Of a stretch of 64,000 nt of DNA, positions 1 through 64,000 are shown one piece after another. The stretch is from the human T2T-CHM13v2.0 reference genome, Homo sapiens: assembly GCF_009914755.1 (NCBI RefSeq), contig NC_060947.1; one strand, written 5' to 3'. The translations under genes were made by a program, and so were the position numbers. The notes under the pieces are model-generated. The model searched no databases and had not been told where the DNA came from. It saw only the letters and a list, made by a program, of their open reading frames with translations. Numbering within the stretch: position 1 is the first letter of the stretch; every line of letters begins with the position of its first letter.

Positions 1-404
1 AAGCTATACCTACCTCTGCCTTTGGGGCACAACCCATACTAAATGCCACGGAGATATAAAATTCTGGCGTCCTTGCTTCAAGGGGAACCAACTCTGTGGT
101 GCAGTTTATGCTACAGAACTCCTTGTGGAATCAGGCTGAAACTAAGAACACATCCTTACTTAGCACCTTCCCCTGCTCTGTTCCTCTTATCTCCCTCCCT
201 TTCTTCTGGAAGCATTCATCCAATAAACAGCATCCAAGGAATCCCTATCTCCAGCTCTGCTTCTGGAGAGCATGACCTAAGCTGCTCACTGTGTCTGATG
301 ATGCCTCTCTTTGCTAGGCTGAGTCATCCCATTGTCTCAGTACTATTTATTTTAATGACTGACATTTCTCCTCTGTTCTACAGTGCAAGGTATGTCAAAT
401 ATTA

Positions 405-1715
<1,311 letters not shown>

Positions 1716-2279
1716 GTGAACTTTTCTATACCTGTCTTTTGGTATGCTGTGTGCACATTTCTTTTGGCTGCTATATATGGGAGTGAAATTGCTAGATCAC
1801 GGGGTATTGAAGTTGGTTTTAAAGAAAAGAGTATGAGTTTAGCTTCAGGTGTATTGAGTCAAAATTTCGGGGGGACATCTAGAAAGAATATTCAGCAGGC
1901 AATTAAAAATGTGGGCCTGGAGTCTGTGTAGAAGCCAGAAACATGGACTTGAGAGTCATCAACATAAGGCTTATATCTGAAGCCATCGGAATGGAATGTT
2001 CTTTGTTGGGGAGGATCAGGGAAGAGAGAAGAAGACTCCAGATTAACACCTGGAAAACACCTATAGCTAAGAGGCAGGAAGACAGCCACTAGAGAAAGGT
2101 TGGGAGAAAGACGGAGAAAATATCGAGCTTCCCTCACTATGAAGAAAACAAGGGTAAGAAGGTGCTTAGATTTGGTGATCAGGAGGCCATTACACTATTT
2201 TCTGCCTTGCTGTAGCTGCTGCTACAGCTACTGCAGGGTGCTTGTTTGGTTGTTTTTTGTTTGTTGGTTTGGTTTGGTT

Positions 2280-2306
2280 TGTGTGTGTGTGTGTGTGTGT
2301 GTGTGT
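2280..2306. repeat. (TG)n microsatellite
   Basis: Visible directly. Confidence 0.95.
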
Positions 2307-2909
2307 TTGTTTTTTTTGTTTTGTTTTGTTTTTTGTTTTTTGCTTGCTTATTAATCTTTATAAAGTTATTTGGTTACTTTTGGAGTAATTCCAAGTTGTA
2401 GGACTGTTATCAGCCCTGGCAGCTGCTTAAGAACATTCTCTCCCACCCCACAGAAACACTCAGGACAGAGTACTTAATGAGCACTTACTAATTATAGACC
2501 CATCAGTCAAAATTATGACCTTTAAAATAGCAGGCTTTCAAAAGTCAGCTGAAGGTGCAAGTGCCACAGGACAAAGCAGTCACACAAATGGATAGGGAAA
2601 AAAAGAGGTTCCCTTTAAAAGCTATTAACTTCACGGAATTGGGTAACTTGGGTTTTATGACTTTATATGCTGAACCTCCCTTCATGCTACCTTTTGCAAC
2701 TCCGGTCAACACTTCATTAGGCTCCTTTTCAAAGGTTACTGGTGACAGATCATGAGAAAACAGAAAGGGGGAAATGAAGAAAGTCAGCTGAGCTTTGTGG
2801 ATAAAACATTAAAGTTTGGGAAGATTTCACTAGCTTGCCTCTACTGTCTGTGAGCAGGGATTAAAGCAACATATACACGATATGTCATTAAGTGCACAGA
2901 CACAGCCCT

Positions 2910-3259
2910 TGATAAGGTTTGGCTGTGTCCCCACCCAATTCTCATCTTGAATTGTAGCTCCCATAATTCCCACATGTTATGAGAGGGAGATAAATGAATC
3001 ATGGGGCAGTTTCCCCCATACTGTTCTCGTGGTAGTGAATAAGTCTCACAAGATCTGATGGTTTTATAAGGGGAAACCCCTTTCACCTGGTTCTCAATTT
3101 TCTCTTGTCTGCCACCATATAAGATGTGCCTTTCACCTTCTGCCATGATTGTGAGACCTCCCCAGCCACGTGGAACTGAGTCCATTAAACCTCTTTTTCT
3201 TTGTAAATTACCCAGTCTCGGGTATGTCTTTATCAGCAGGGTGAAAACAGACTAATACA
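2910..3259 (+). mobile_element. THE1-type MaLR solo LTR
   Basis: Termini tgataaggtttggctgtgtccccaccc...gactaataca; near-TSD gccct/accct. Confidence 0.9.
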
Positions 3260-3269
3260 ACCCTCAAAT

Positions 3270-4440
<1,171 letters not shown>

Positions 4441-5129
4441 TCCAAATCTGGGGAACCATGGGCTGGTTACTGAACTTGCATTCATGGTGGAGAGAAATCT
4501 ACTAATACTATTGGCTTTCTTTAGTTCAGAGACTGGGAAAGTCCCAGCCCCGAGTAGCCAAGTCAGAAGCAGCTGGCCAACTGGTCCAAACTAAGATTAT
4601 GTCAGATTCCAAGAAAGTTTTCTGATGAATCAGAAAACATGACTTAAACTAAATCACTGGAAGCTCTACATTTGGGGGTTCAGAAGCAAAACCACTTAAA
4701 AGACATTAAAATAAGAAATGAGTGTGATTGTATTATTGTCTAGTTTGCTGCTTTTCCTGGGTTCATTTTTCTATCCAATGGCAAACTGCAAAATCATCTC
4801 AACTGCCACCTTCCATTTCTGTTGTACCTTCACACGTATTAATTCACTTGATCCTCACAATAAGCCTGTGAAGTAAAGAAAGTAATATTATTCTTATTCA
4901 TTAAGCCAAAGTAGATGAAACCTACCACTTGTCCATCACCAGAAAATAAAAATTCTTTGATGATAGAAAACTCAGATTGTGCTTAAAAATAGCTGCATGC
5001 TATTCTGGATAGCCAATAGCATCTTTGTAACATTTACCCCATCACTAACCTATCAGCAGAAAGTTCATTTTGTCAGCAGGGCAGCAGGATGAAAGTTCTG
5101 GGAAATTATCAGTCCCATAACAGTTTTCA

Positions 5130-5504
<375 letters not shown>

Positions 5505-6225
5505 TCACATCATCCCTGTGCTGAATCCTGCTACCTTGGTATCAACCCGCTGTCACACGTTAGAGTACCAACCTGTATACACAGAGACATACCTCAGGTC
5601 TATGAATTGGTTAATATCTCTTAATAATTGACAAGCTGGTGAGTGTGCCAATGTGAACACGTCTGTTCTCAGGCCCACAGTTTGTAAATTGGGTAAAAAC
5701 TTTTCTTCTTAAGCTGGTATTCTTAGGCAGATCAAAAGGGCATTTAAACAATAATTGTTCTTGGAATCCAGTAAGTGAATATAAGTACAGAATACTACCT
5801 TGCTAGGCACCACAAAAATATTTAATGTATCAATGTGATATATCTCCCTTAAACAGACAGGATTAATCAGTTAAGTAAACCAACAATTAGGTTGAAAACA
5901 CAAGCGCTCATAGAACAAAGTGATATCCACTAAGATGTAAAATTTATTTCAGGAACATCAAGCAAGTGACTTACTTGGAAACTCACTTAAGTGGTGCCAT
6001 TAAAATTCTGAAATGTCAACATTCTTTGGGAATGGAGTATATTAGAGATGCAAATGTACAATTCCCTCCTGGAGCTGGGCTTGGACAATCTTGTTCAAGT
6101 CAGAGTAAAAGGCTCTAATGATTTTGAATGGCTATCTCAGTTAAAGCAGGACTCTTAGCTGGCCATTTAGGGATAAACAAAATATATTGGATCATGAATA
6201 TGCATATATATGTTCCTCTTTCTCC

Positions 6226-6228
6226 CTT

Positions 6229-6312
<84 letters not shown>
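6226..6312. repeat. Compound (CT)n(CA)n microsatellite
   Basis: Visible directly. Confidence 0.95.
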
Positions 6313-6313
<1 letters not shown>

Positions 6314-6428
6314 CACTCTTCCTGTTTTTGAAAGGGGAAAAGAAATCTACCCTGCCTATATCTTGAAGGGTGACATTTTCTTTAAACAGACATATGAAAT
6401 AACTTTGGCTTAAAAAAACAACAATCAG

Positions 6429-6719
6429 CAGGGCAAAATGGCTCATGCCTGTAATCCCAGCACTTTGGGAGGCTGAGGCAGAAGGATCACTTGAGCCCAG
6501 AGGTTCAAGACCCCAGCCTGGGCAACATGATGAAATCTTATCTTTACAAAAAATACAAAAATTAGCCAGGCATAGTAGTGCATGCCTGTAGTCCCAGCTA
6601 CTCAAGAGGCTGAGGTGGGAGGATCGCTTGGGCATGGGGGGTCGAGGCTTCAGTGAGCCGTGATTGTACCACTGCATTGCAGCCTGGGTAACAGAGTAAG
6701 AACCTGCCTCAAAAAAAAA
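6429..6719 (+). mobile_element. Alu (J-like)
   Basis: Dimeric Alu with J-type ggaggatcgcttg. Confidence 0.92.
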
Positions 6720-7233
6720 TCCTAAAGCTCAAAGTGCTGTTATTGTGATGGGTAGCGGGGTCCTTGAGAGGTGATTAGGTCATGAGAGCAGAGCCCTTAT
6801 TAGTGGGAGTAGTGCCCTTATGAATAAAAAAGGCCCCAGAGACGTCCCTCGCCTCTTCCACCATGAGGACACAAGAAGATGGCCATTTATGAACAGGTTC
6901 TCACCAGATACTAAATCTGCCAGCACCTTCACCTTGGACTTCTGGTCTAAGGTACTTTGTTATAGCAGCTCAAGTGGACTGAGACAACTGGATTCACAGA
7001 AAACCTTTGGCTACGGCTTTATTTAGAGCTAAAATTCCATGGTTTAACCAAAGGAATTTTTTTCATAAGATATCCAGTTGAGATCTCAGTGCCAGCCCCA
7101 GCCCAACTGTGTAACTGTCCCTTGCAGCACTCTTCTTCTAGATCAAGTGTTGCATTTCCTGTTACTGTTACATGAATTAGAATTGGCCTATTTTAAATTA
7201 CACATTCATTTGCATTATAAACAATACAAACAA

Positions 7234-7626
7234 GGATGTGGTTTGGCTCTGTGCCCCCACCCAAATCTCATCTCGAATTATAATCCCCACGTGTTGAGGG
7301 AGGGGCATGTAAATCCCCGCATGTCAAGGGAAGGAAGTGATTGCATTATGGGGGTAATTTCCCCCATGCTGTTCTTGTGATAGTGAGTGAATTCTCACGA
7401 GATCTGATGGTTTTATAAATGGTAGTTTTTCCTTTGTTCACACACACTTCTCTCTCCTGCTGCCATGTGAAGAAGGTCCTTGTTTCCCATTTGCTTTCCA
7501 CCATGATTGTGAGTTTTCTGAGGCCTCCCCAGCCATGTGGAACTGTGAGTCAATTAAACCTCTTTCCTTTATAAATTACCCAGTCTCAGTTATGTCTTTA
7601 TAGCAATGTGAAAATGGACGAATACA
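7234..7626 (+). mobile_element. MST/THE1-type MaLR solo LTR
   Basis: Typical termini and 5-bp TSD aacaa. Confidence 0.9.
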
Positions 7627-7967
7627 AACAATGATGCCTCCCACACCTATTTATTCCTTTCCACTCCCCAGAAGTAACCCCAACTATGCATCCAGCAACT
7701 GTCCTCTAATTTGTGTGATGCATTTACAAATTACACATATATACCCATGTGGTCTTTAATAATGCAAATGGAATTGCATTTCATTTACTCTTCTGTGACT
7801 TGCTGTTTGAACTTAAGAAATATGTCTCTGAAAGTTAGGACATGATTTTCAAATCATTTTATCTAGATTCATATTGCATTCTTTTTTTTACCAGTCCTTT
7901 GTTGAGGTATAATTTATTTACAGTCTACTGCACATAACTGACTTTGAGGACTTTTTACATGTACTTA

Positions 7968-8169
7968 CAGTTGCTCTTTGATTTACAATGGGATTATGTC
8001 CCAATGAACCCGTCATAGGTTGAAAAGACAAGTTGAAAATGCAGCCTGAGAGTCTTTGGTCAAAGAGTCTCTGGTGCTTAAAGTCTGAAACCTTGTGGTT
8101 GCATATGACTTTCACACCATCATAAAGTTGGAAAATCATTCGTCAAACCACATAAGTCAGGACCATCTG
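7968..8169. mobile_element. Tigger-derived MITE (MER47-like)
   Basis: Terminal inverted repeats cagttgctc...gaccatctg flanked by TA. Confidence 0.65.
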
Positions 8170-8648
8170 TATTCCTGTGTGACAACTACCCAGATCAAGA
8201 TGTAAAACATTTCTATTACCCCAGAAAGGCTCCCCCATACTCTTCCAGTCAATATCACCCCACAGATATTGAGATGGCGACTACACTGACTTCCAACACC
8301 ATGCAGTAGTTTTTCCTGTTAAACATCACATTCGTGGACTCACATGCAGGTATTCTTCTGTGTCTGGATTTTTCTGTGCAACACAATATTCTAGAGCATC
8401 ATCCATGTTTTTGCATGCATTGGTAGTTTGGGATTTTGTTGTTGTGGCTGCCGAGTGGCATTCCCACCAAAATCCGGGTTGTTTTCACTTTGGGGCATTT
8501 GTGAGTAAGGTTATTGTGAATATTCTCATAGAAGTCATTTTGTGGATATATGCACTTACTTATCTTGGGAATATATTTACAATTGTTGAGTCATTGGTAC
8601 TGTCCATTTAATTTTATTACAAACTACCAAACATTTTCCCGCAGTGGC

Positions 8649-9047
8649 TGATATGGTTTGAATCTGGGTCCCCACCAAAATCTCATGTTCAATTGTAATA
8701 CCCACTGCTGGAGCTGGGGCCTGGCGGGAGGTGACTGGATCCTGGGGGTGATTTATGATGGTGTAGCGCCATCCCCCTAGTGCTGTCTTGTGCTAGAGTT
8801 CTCACAAGATCTGGCTGTTTAAAAGTGTGTGGCACCTCCCTCTTCTCTCCCTCTTCCTCCTGCTCAGGCCATGTAAGATGTGCCTGCTACCCCTTTGCCT
8901 TCTACCATGAGTGAAAGTGTCCTGAGGCCTCCCCGGAAGCTATCATGCTTCCTGTACAGCTTGCAGAACCATGAGCCAATTAAACCTCTTTTCTTTATAA
9001 ATTAGTCTCAGGTATTTCTTCATAGCACTGTGAGAATGACTAATACA
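8649..9047 (+). mobile_element. MST-type MaLR solo LTR nested in an old antisense L1 (~7880-9400)
   Basis: Termini tgatatggtttg...gactaataca with 5-bp TSD gtggc. Confidence 0.9.
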
Positions 9048-11589
9048 GTGGCTATGCCACCTTACACTCCTACCAACAGCGTATGGCATTCCAGTTGTCC
9101 CATGACAGCACTTTGTATTTTCAGTCTTCACAATTTAAGCCATTCTGATGGATGGATACTGGCATCTCATTACAATTTTAATTTACATTAATCTGATGAC
9201 CGATTATGTTGAGCACTTTTTCATGTGCTTATTGGCCTTTTCTATATCTTCTTTTATGACATGCCCATTCAAGAATCCTGCCCATTTTTAAATTGTATTG
9301 TTCAACTTTTTATCATTGATTTATAGGATTTTAAAATATATAATGGATCCAAGTTGTCTATCAGACATACGTATTGTGAATATTTTTAATCTATGTCTTG
9401 CCTTTCATGTTAATACTGACCACATTCTTTTTAATGGATGCCTATTTTCCCGTTGGAGTGGGAGTTTCTTCATCTACACTACAAGTTCTCTATTAATGGA
9501 CATTCACATTCCCAGTGGGGGAAAAATGTGCTTTGGTGGAAAACAGCATTGCACATCCTTCTGGGTTCTCAGATTCTGCTTCTGCACCTTTCATTGTCTT
9601 TGGACCATTTTCGGATTCTGTAAATTGTGTATAACTGATAGCAATGCATCTATAGATGGAGATTCAATTGGCTGCCTGCCCTCGCTGTGGAAGAAGCCAA
9701 TTTTGCCTTCATTTGCACATTCACTTTCATATTCCTGATGTCTTCATGTGTCCATTCTTTGGATTGTCCTTTGAAATGGTTGTAACATCTTACCAGTTCC
9801 CTCATTAGTACTAGATTCAATAAAATCTCCAGCATATGTTCATTTTATATCTGTATGAGAGCCATGATTTTACTTAAAAAAAAAAAGCACATCTTTCCAA
9901 TTTTTTTCCTTTCACAAAGGATATTGCAGCCCTAATTACATATTTATCTTAGTGCACATTTATCTCTCTCAGGACTCAGAAGTCCTCATGCTCTCTTCAC
10001 ACTCGAAATCAAACCAACTTTGAGGAGTAGATTTAACAATGAAGGCATAAGGGATGAGTACAGACAGAACTTACATTTTCACAGGGGAAAAGGTCAAATT
10101 AGGCTCAAACTAAAGAAATAAAACTAATCATGGACTCTCAGACATGCTAAGGCAGGGTGACTGAGGAATGCCTTTGTTTATTGGGCATCTACTATTCTGT
10201 GTTAGGCACCAAAGACACAGTCTCGCCTGCCGGAAGCTCAGGCTAGTGACGAAGACAAATAATTAAGCAAGTGAGTGATGTTAAGGCTGACTCTGTGCGT
10301 TCTAATGCCACAAAGTAGAAGAAAGGGAATTTATCCATCTCTGATCCTCAGGTTTCTGAATGCTTCCAGAGTGCCTGGAAATGCTTTTTTATGCAAACAG
10401 CCTTTTATATTTGAAAGATAAAAGAAATTAAATTTTGATCTTCGTTTTTTTCAAATAAAAGCATACATCCTAATAACAAAGATATTCAGTTTTACTGATA
10501 AGAAATATCTGAAATATTCATTAAACTGCTCACTAGTGGGTATGGGCACAAGTGATTGTGAGTCCCTGTTTCTAATGGCACTGACTCCTGGGATAGTGAG
10601 AGGATCAAATGCATTAACATGTTATACTACATCAGGAGTTAGTTGGAGAAACAGAAGCCATGCTATGTACGCCAGGTATAAAGGGTTTTAACATAGGAAT
10701 TAGTGGTTTACAGGATTATTAAAAGAGGTAGGAAAGACAAGGTCAAAGAAGGTGTCATCGAAGATAAAGGGAGCAGACACTGGAGACCTCAGCTTAAAGC
10801 ACCGAGGTGGAAGATTGTCAAAAAGATTATTGGGGAGCTGCTGAGGTTTTAAAGAAGCAATGGAAATCCCCTCCCCTAGTCCCACCCTTGTCTGCTGTGA
10901 AGTGTGTGATTCTCATGAGTTCCTTAAGGAAGCTTCTGTAAATCTCATGCCTGCCCACATGTCTGGCCATGGGCAATAATGGCTTCTCGATCTCTTCTGC
11001 CTTCAAATTTTATGCAAGTTTCTCTCATTGACAAACTCTCAACTGGAACTGTACTAAGGCAAGAGTTCTGGGAAATGTGCTTCTCCGTGTCTCTTCTGGA
11101 AAGCACAGATTCTAGAAGGGGGGCAGTGGTGACACTGAGTTGAGGCGGGACAGTCCCACCCACATAGAAAGCACAGTGCCTGGCACTCAGCCAGAGCTTA
11201 ATAAGCAGTGACGATCATCATCATCACCATTCATGAAGCAGCAGGGAAGCTGGGCCAGCGCTTAACTTTTGCTTTGTTTGAAATTACTGTTTTTCTTCCA
11301 GGATATCTGTCCACCATGCAGCCTCTTCATGCCCCTATTCCATTGTTCTACAGCCAAACAAAGAATTGGCTGTCACAATCCTGGAAGGCAACTGCTGGAT
11401 AATTCAGTGGTATTGAAAATATATGAAGGGATTTATGGGTTAGTGATAACACCCCTCGCATAAAAGTGAGACTTTAGATCTAGTCCTGGCTTTGTTGCTA
11501 GCAGCTCTATGATTTGGGGCAAACTACTGAACTGTTCTTGTAACTATTTTATGGAAAAATCTAGAAGGCTGCAATATTGAGAAGAGCAC

Positions 11590-12030
11590 ATCAGCTCTGG
11601 GGTTTCTTCCCCGCAATGCATACCCTCAATCTAATCAGGAGAAAACATCAGACAAACCCAAAGGAAGGGACATTCTACAAAACAACTGACCAGTACTCTT
11701 CAAAAGTGTCAAGGTCAGGAAAAAAACAGGGAAGGACTTAGGAGCTGTCACAGGTTGAAGGAAAGTAAGATGTGACAACTAAATGCCAGGTGGGACTTTG
11801 GATTGAATCCTGGAAGTAAAAAAGAACTTCAGTGGAAAACCTAGTGAAATATGAAGACAGTTTGGAGTTGGCAGTATTGTACCAATGTTCCTTTCTGAGT
11901 TCTGATCATTGTAGCACAGTTATGTGGCTGTTAACCATGCTCGGGGGAGGCTATATGGGAACACTCTGTGCTATTTTTGCAACTCTTCTGTAAGTCCAAA
12001 ATTATCCCCAAATAAAAACTTTAAAAATAA
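11590..12030 (+). mobile_element. L1MC-like 3' end
   Basis: gggacattctacaaaacaactgaccagtactcttcaaaagtgtcaagg...gcaactcttctgtaagtc; a similar copy lies at ~60250-60650. Confidence 0.7.
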
Positions 12031-12263
12031 AAGACTGCTAAGTAGCATCAAGAGTGAATTCATCACTTTGCACTGGGCCTGCAAATGATGTAACCAGTCC
12101 TGTATGGAAGTATATGGAGAACTGGACGAAATATTTCCTAGGATGCAAAGCAATGAAGCAGCAGCAAAATGACTGCCCTGAGCTTGAGAGGGTCCTGGAA
12201 GGGGTGGAGACAGGAGCTGCTCAATCTGAATGGGACTTGGGGACAGGAATAAGAATGGCTGTG

Positions 12264-12565
<302 letters not shown>

Positions 12566-13583
12566 TTATATATTAATAATATTTAAGAATTTTTTTAAAT
12601 AAAATGGCTGTGGACCACTGACTGAAGACCAACTGGGACAAGGGACACACACCTCAACTGATGATGGCTACAGAAAACAACAAAAATCTGATTCTGATAT
12701 CCTTTCCCCAGTTTGGAATTGTAGAAGACCCCTAGAACTTAGAAGTAAGTCTGGAGAAAATGACGGAAACACCACTCATTGGTATTCTCCCAAACAACCT
12801 CCGTTCGTGGCCCGGGTTGTTTTCTTGTCTTCCAAGGAAAGTCAAAAGCCTTGAATGACTAAGATTAAGTTTGCTCATAATAGAAATTAAGTAGTTATAG
12901 AAAAATAAAGTTAGATTTCCTGCCCTCCTGTGTTTGTGGACTGAGATTTGTACCTGTCTCACCCATCAGTTTTCCAAATTGATTTTACTAGCTATTTGAG
13001 ATTACAAATTATTCTACGTTGAAGTAGATGAACATATTTTTTAGCATAGTGAGAAAGGTCATTGCAAATTTGATGCATTGTGAATTAAAATAAGTTAGGA
13101 TGAAAGGAAGGGGTGACAAGTGCTTTACTCTTGCAGAAGAGTTAATATTGTCAGAACTCCATGGAGAAATTACTCCACTAGATATGGATATGGGCTATAA
13201 GGAAAACTGAAGGCCAGAGCCGAAAATCTTAGCTTTGCTGGCCAAAATGAAAATATTACCATATATTTAAATAAGTATTAAAGCATAAAAATGGCATGTG
13301 TTAATAACACTTAGATTTTACCCAGGAAGGACAAAGTACTGCCAAAGTTTTCAATAGCCTTATAATTATATCTACCATGGTAAATTACTGTTACTGGGTT
13401 AAACTATTCTGTTTTGCTTATCAAGGAAGAAAGTCAACATTCTAGCTGTGCCACATTTAATAAACTGGCTGAAAAATATGTGTCACATTAATATAAACCA
13501 CTGTAGGTAACATCAGCAAAAGTTCTGTAAGATGAGTTCATTAAAAGAACAACCTGAGCATCTGTATTAAGGCATTTTAAATG

Positions 13584-13593
13584 TTTATTTATT
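13584..13593 (-). terminator. Candidate distal poly(A) signal (two overlapping AATAAA)
   Basis: Plus-strand tttatttatt reads AATAAATAAA on the minus strand. Confidence 0.5.
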
Positions 13594-14599
13594 GTATCTA
13601 TTTGGGAAACAAAACATTAAAGATACATTTATTTATCAAAAATGAGTCTTATGAGCAGGCATTTAAAATGTTTAACATTGGACTAATACAGTAATAGTAT
13701 TAACTTGTGAAATTTTGAAGACACAATTTTGAAGACACAATTCCACTTTAACATAAAATACAAAACACCTTTATAAAATGTATTTTGTCCAGTCAAATGT
13801 GATCCTCCCTCTTGAGCCCAGGAGTTCCAGATAAGCCTGGGCAATATAGCAAGATCTCCATCTCAAACAAAATGTGATTTTAAAGAAGTTATGTGTATAT
13901 TATTCCTCTTCAAGCCATGGGAACCACTTTTAAACACTTTTTTTTATAAATAAGAGGCATTTTGAACTGTGCCATCCAACACAGTAGCCACTATCCACTT
14001 GTGGCTATTTCACTTTAAATTCTAATTAGCTAAAATGAGAGAAAATGTTAAATTTACTTCCTCTGTCTAATTAATTACATCTTAAATGCTCAATAGCCAT
14101 ACGAGCCTATTGGACATTGCAAATTTATATTTTTAATGTGGTATATTTATTTACATTTCCATCATGGTGGAAAGTTCTATCAGACAAGACTGCTCTAAAT
14201 AACTTCTAAAAACCACTAATGTAATAAAGTTAGCAATAGAAGTCTTGAAATTTTTTTCTAAATGTAAAGTTTTGTTTCTGTGGTTTTGCTTCTAGTCCAG
14301 GGAATATTTCAGATACCACAAAATATAAACCAAATTCAAAATATGCATATACAATTTGAAATTTCTTCTTGCCTAGGGTCGAACTGTACTTTTCTTTTAA
14401 AAAAATTTTATTTTTAATTGACAAATAATAACTGCATGTATTTATGGGGTATGATGTGGTATTTTGATCTATGTTTATAATGTGGATTACTATTCTGTAT
14501 TAGCTCTGTTACTAGTAGTTGTAAAAAACTTGTGAAACTGAACAGTGAATGAAGCCAAAGACTATCTTAGTTGGATTAAATCTGAATAATGGAAGTTAA

Positions 14600-14958
<359 letters not shown>

Positions 14959-15644
14959 TAAATTATCTACTTTTTAAGACCTTTGTAGGCATAGCCTAAC
15001 TTATAAAGATGTATGTAGAAGTACTATGGTTTTATTAAGCTGAAGGCAACTACTACAGCAAACTATTCAGAGAATTATTTTAAAAAATAAATCCTTAATA
15101 TCTTTATAAAGCTATACTTCTATATTATAAACTATACATATATTTTGCTAAAATACTCTAAAAGTTGAATTTTGAAAAGATAACTTTGAAAATATGTATT
15201 CATTCTACAAATTGGTCACATAAAAATATCTTAAACTATCTCACAAGTCACAAAAATAAAAAGACTTGTCAAGTTTTATACGAATTATATTATTTGACTG
15301 AGTGGCTCCTTACTTTCTATTGAATTTCTTTCTCTACCTTATCAAAAAAACAAAGTATATTAATGTCAATTATCTAAGTCAAAGCCATGGGTCACAAGCC
15401 CATGAGGAGTTTACTACCATTCCCTCAATCAGAGGTTGTCATCAAATCCACAGATGAAACATTACGTATCTTCCTAATGTGATTCTACCTCCTTTATGAG
15501 CAGAAAAAGAGGTTTGGCGATTACTACAGGTGTCAATGCAAACTACTCTGCCAGTACAGCAGGCTGATTTTGGAATTAGAACTTGAGAAACTTACAAAAT
15601 AGTCTTAACAGTTAAAAAAAAAAAAAAAGTTTGGCAGCTGCCGT

Positions 15645-63334
<47,690 letters not shown>

Positions 63335-64000
63335 TCATACACTACTCTCTTAATAACCTTAATACGGATATGCTCTCAGAATGCTAACTCAAATTGAATT
63401 GGACTTTGGGTTGAATTTTAGAGTGACAAAACAAGAATTCTTCCATGACCAATTTAGAGTAACTATTTTAAAACTGAAGGGCTATATTACTTATGACTAG
63501 GAATAAGAATCAAATCAAACACAATTACAAACTGTGAAGTGACTGCTTAATAACTTAAAGCCTACATAGTAAATGCTGGAAACAAATGAACAAGAGAACG
63601 CAAGGGCTAACTGCTTTTGTAAAGGAGCCCCCAAAAGGCCCTTGACTAAGGAGATGGCATTGTGTCCAAAATGTAAGCCAGGAATCTATTCTAGATCGGA
63701 CCCCCACTGCTATGTGAGCTGGGCAGACCACTAGAGACACCACCTCCTCATCTGCCAGGTTAACATCAGTTGAGATGATCTCTAAGGTCCATTTCAGCTT
63801 TCAAGTTAGGATTGCCTTATTAAATTTTATATTAATCCTAAATAAATGGATGTGAAATGTAAGCCAAACAATCTAGAATTAGGAAGATCTGGTTATGGCT
63901 CTGAGTCACCTAACTACGGAACTAGAAGAAGACATTGGCTGCAACAGTATTGGATTGTATCTTGTACTAGAGATTTGCTTTAAAAGCCTGCATCACAGTT

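Noticed and set aside
13710-13742. Short tandem duplications (aattttgaagacac x2; similar ones at ~5224, ~28967 and ~41101)
   Set aside because: Ordinary replication-slippage duplications with no sign of function.

Overview
Primate, most likely human, genomic DNA. It is dense in Alu, L1 and LTR elements and contains the 3' ~50 kb of BEND2 (BEN domain-containing 2, Xp22) on the minus strand. Eleven GT-AG coding exons were traced by hand from 63306 to the TGA at 15645. They give 2024 coding nt in one continuous frame with two BEN domains. Exon numbers 4-14 come from recall of the 14-exon, ~799-aa model. The main observation is that the low-complexity middle of BEND2 is built from a tandem array of a duplicated cassette: conserved donor flank, ~126-nt phase-1/phase-1 exon encoding a ~42-aa repeat, and an internally deleted old L1 whose antisense ORF1 supplies the splice acceptor. 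Nine cassettes lie between 31.1 and 54.3 kb. Five carry exons on the canonical path. Three carry extra exon copies: one fully intact, one with a single in-frame stop, one with a lost acceptor. One cassette has lost its exon. Other observations are an intronic stop plus poly(A) site that would truncate BEN2, a young L1 insertion with target deletion and inversion, an ~80-bp twin-primed L1, and inverted Alu pairs next to exons. Positions 1-13.5 kb are repeat-rich intergenic DNA. Repeat subfamily names are from recalled consensus sequences and repeat boundaries are approximate.
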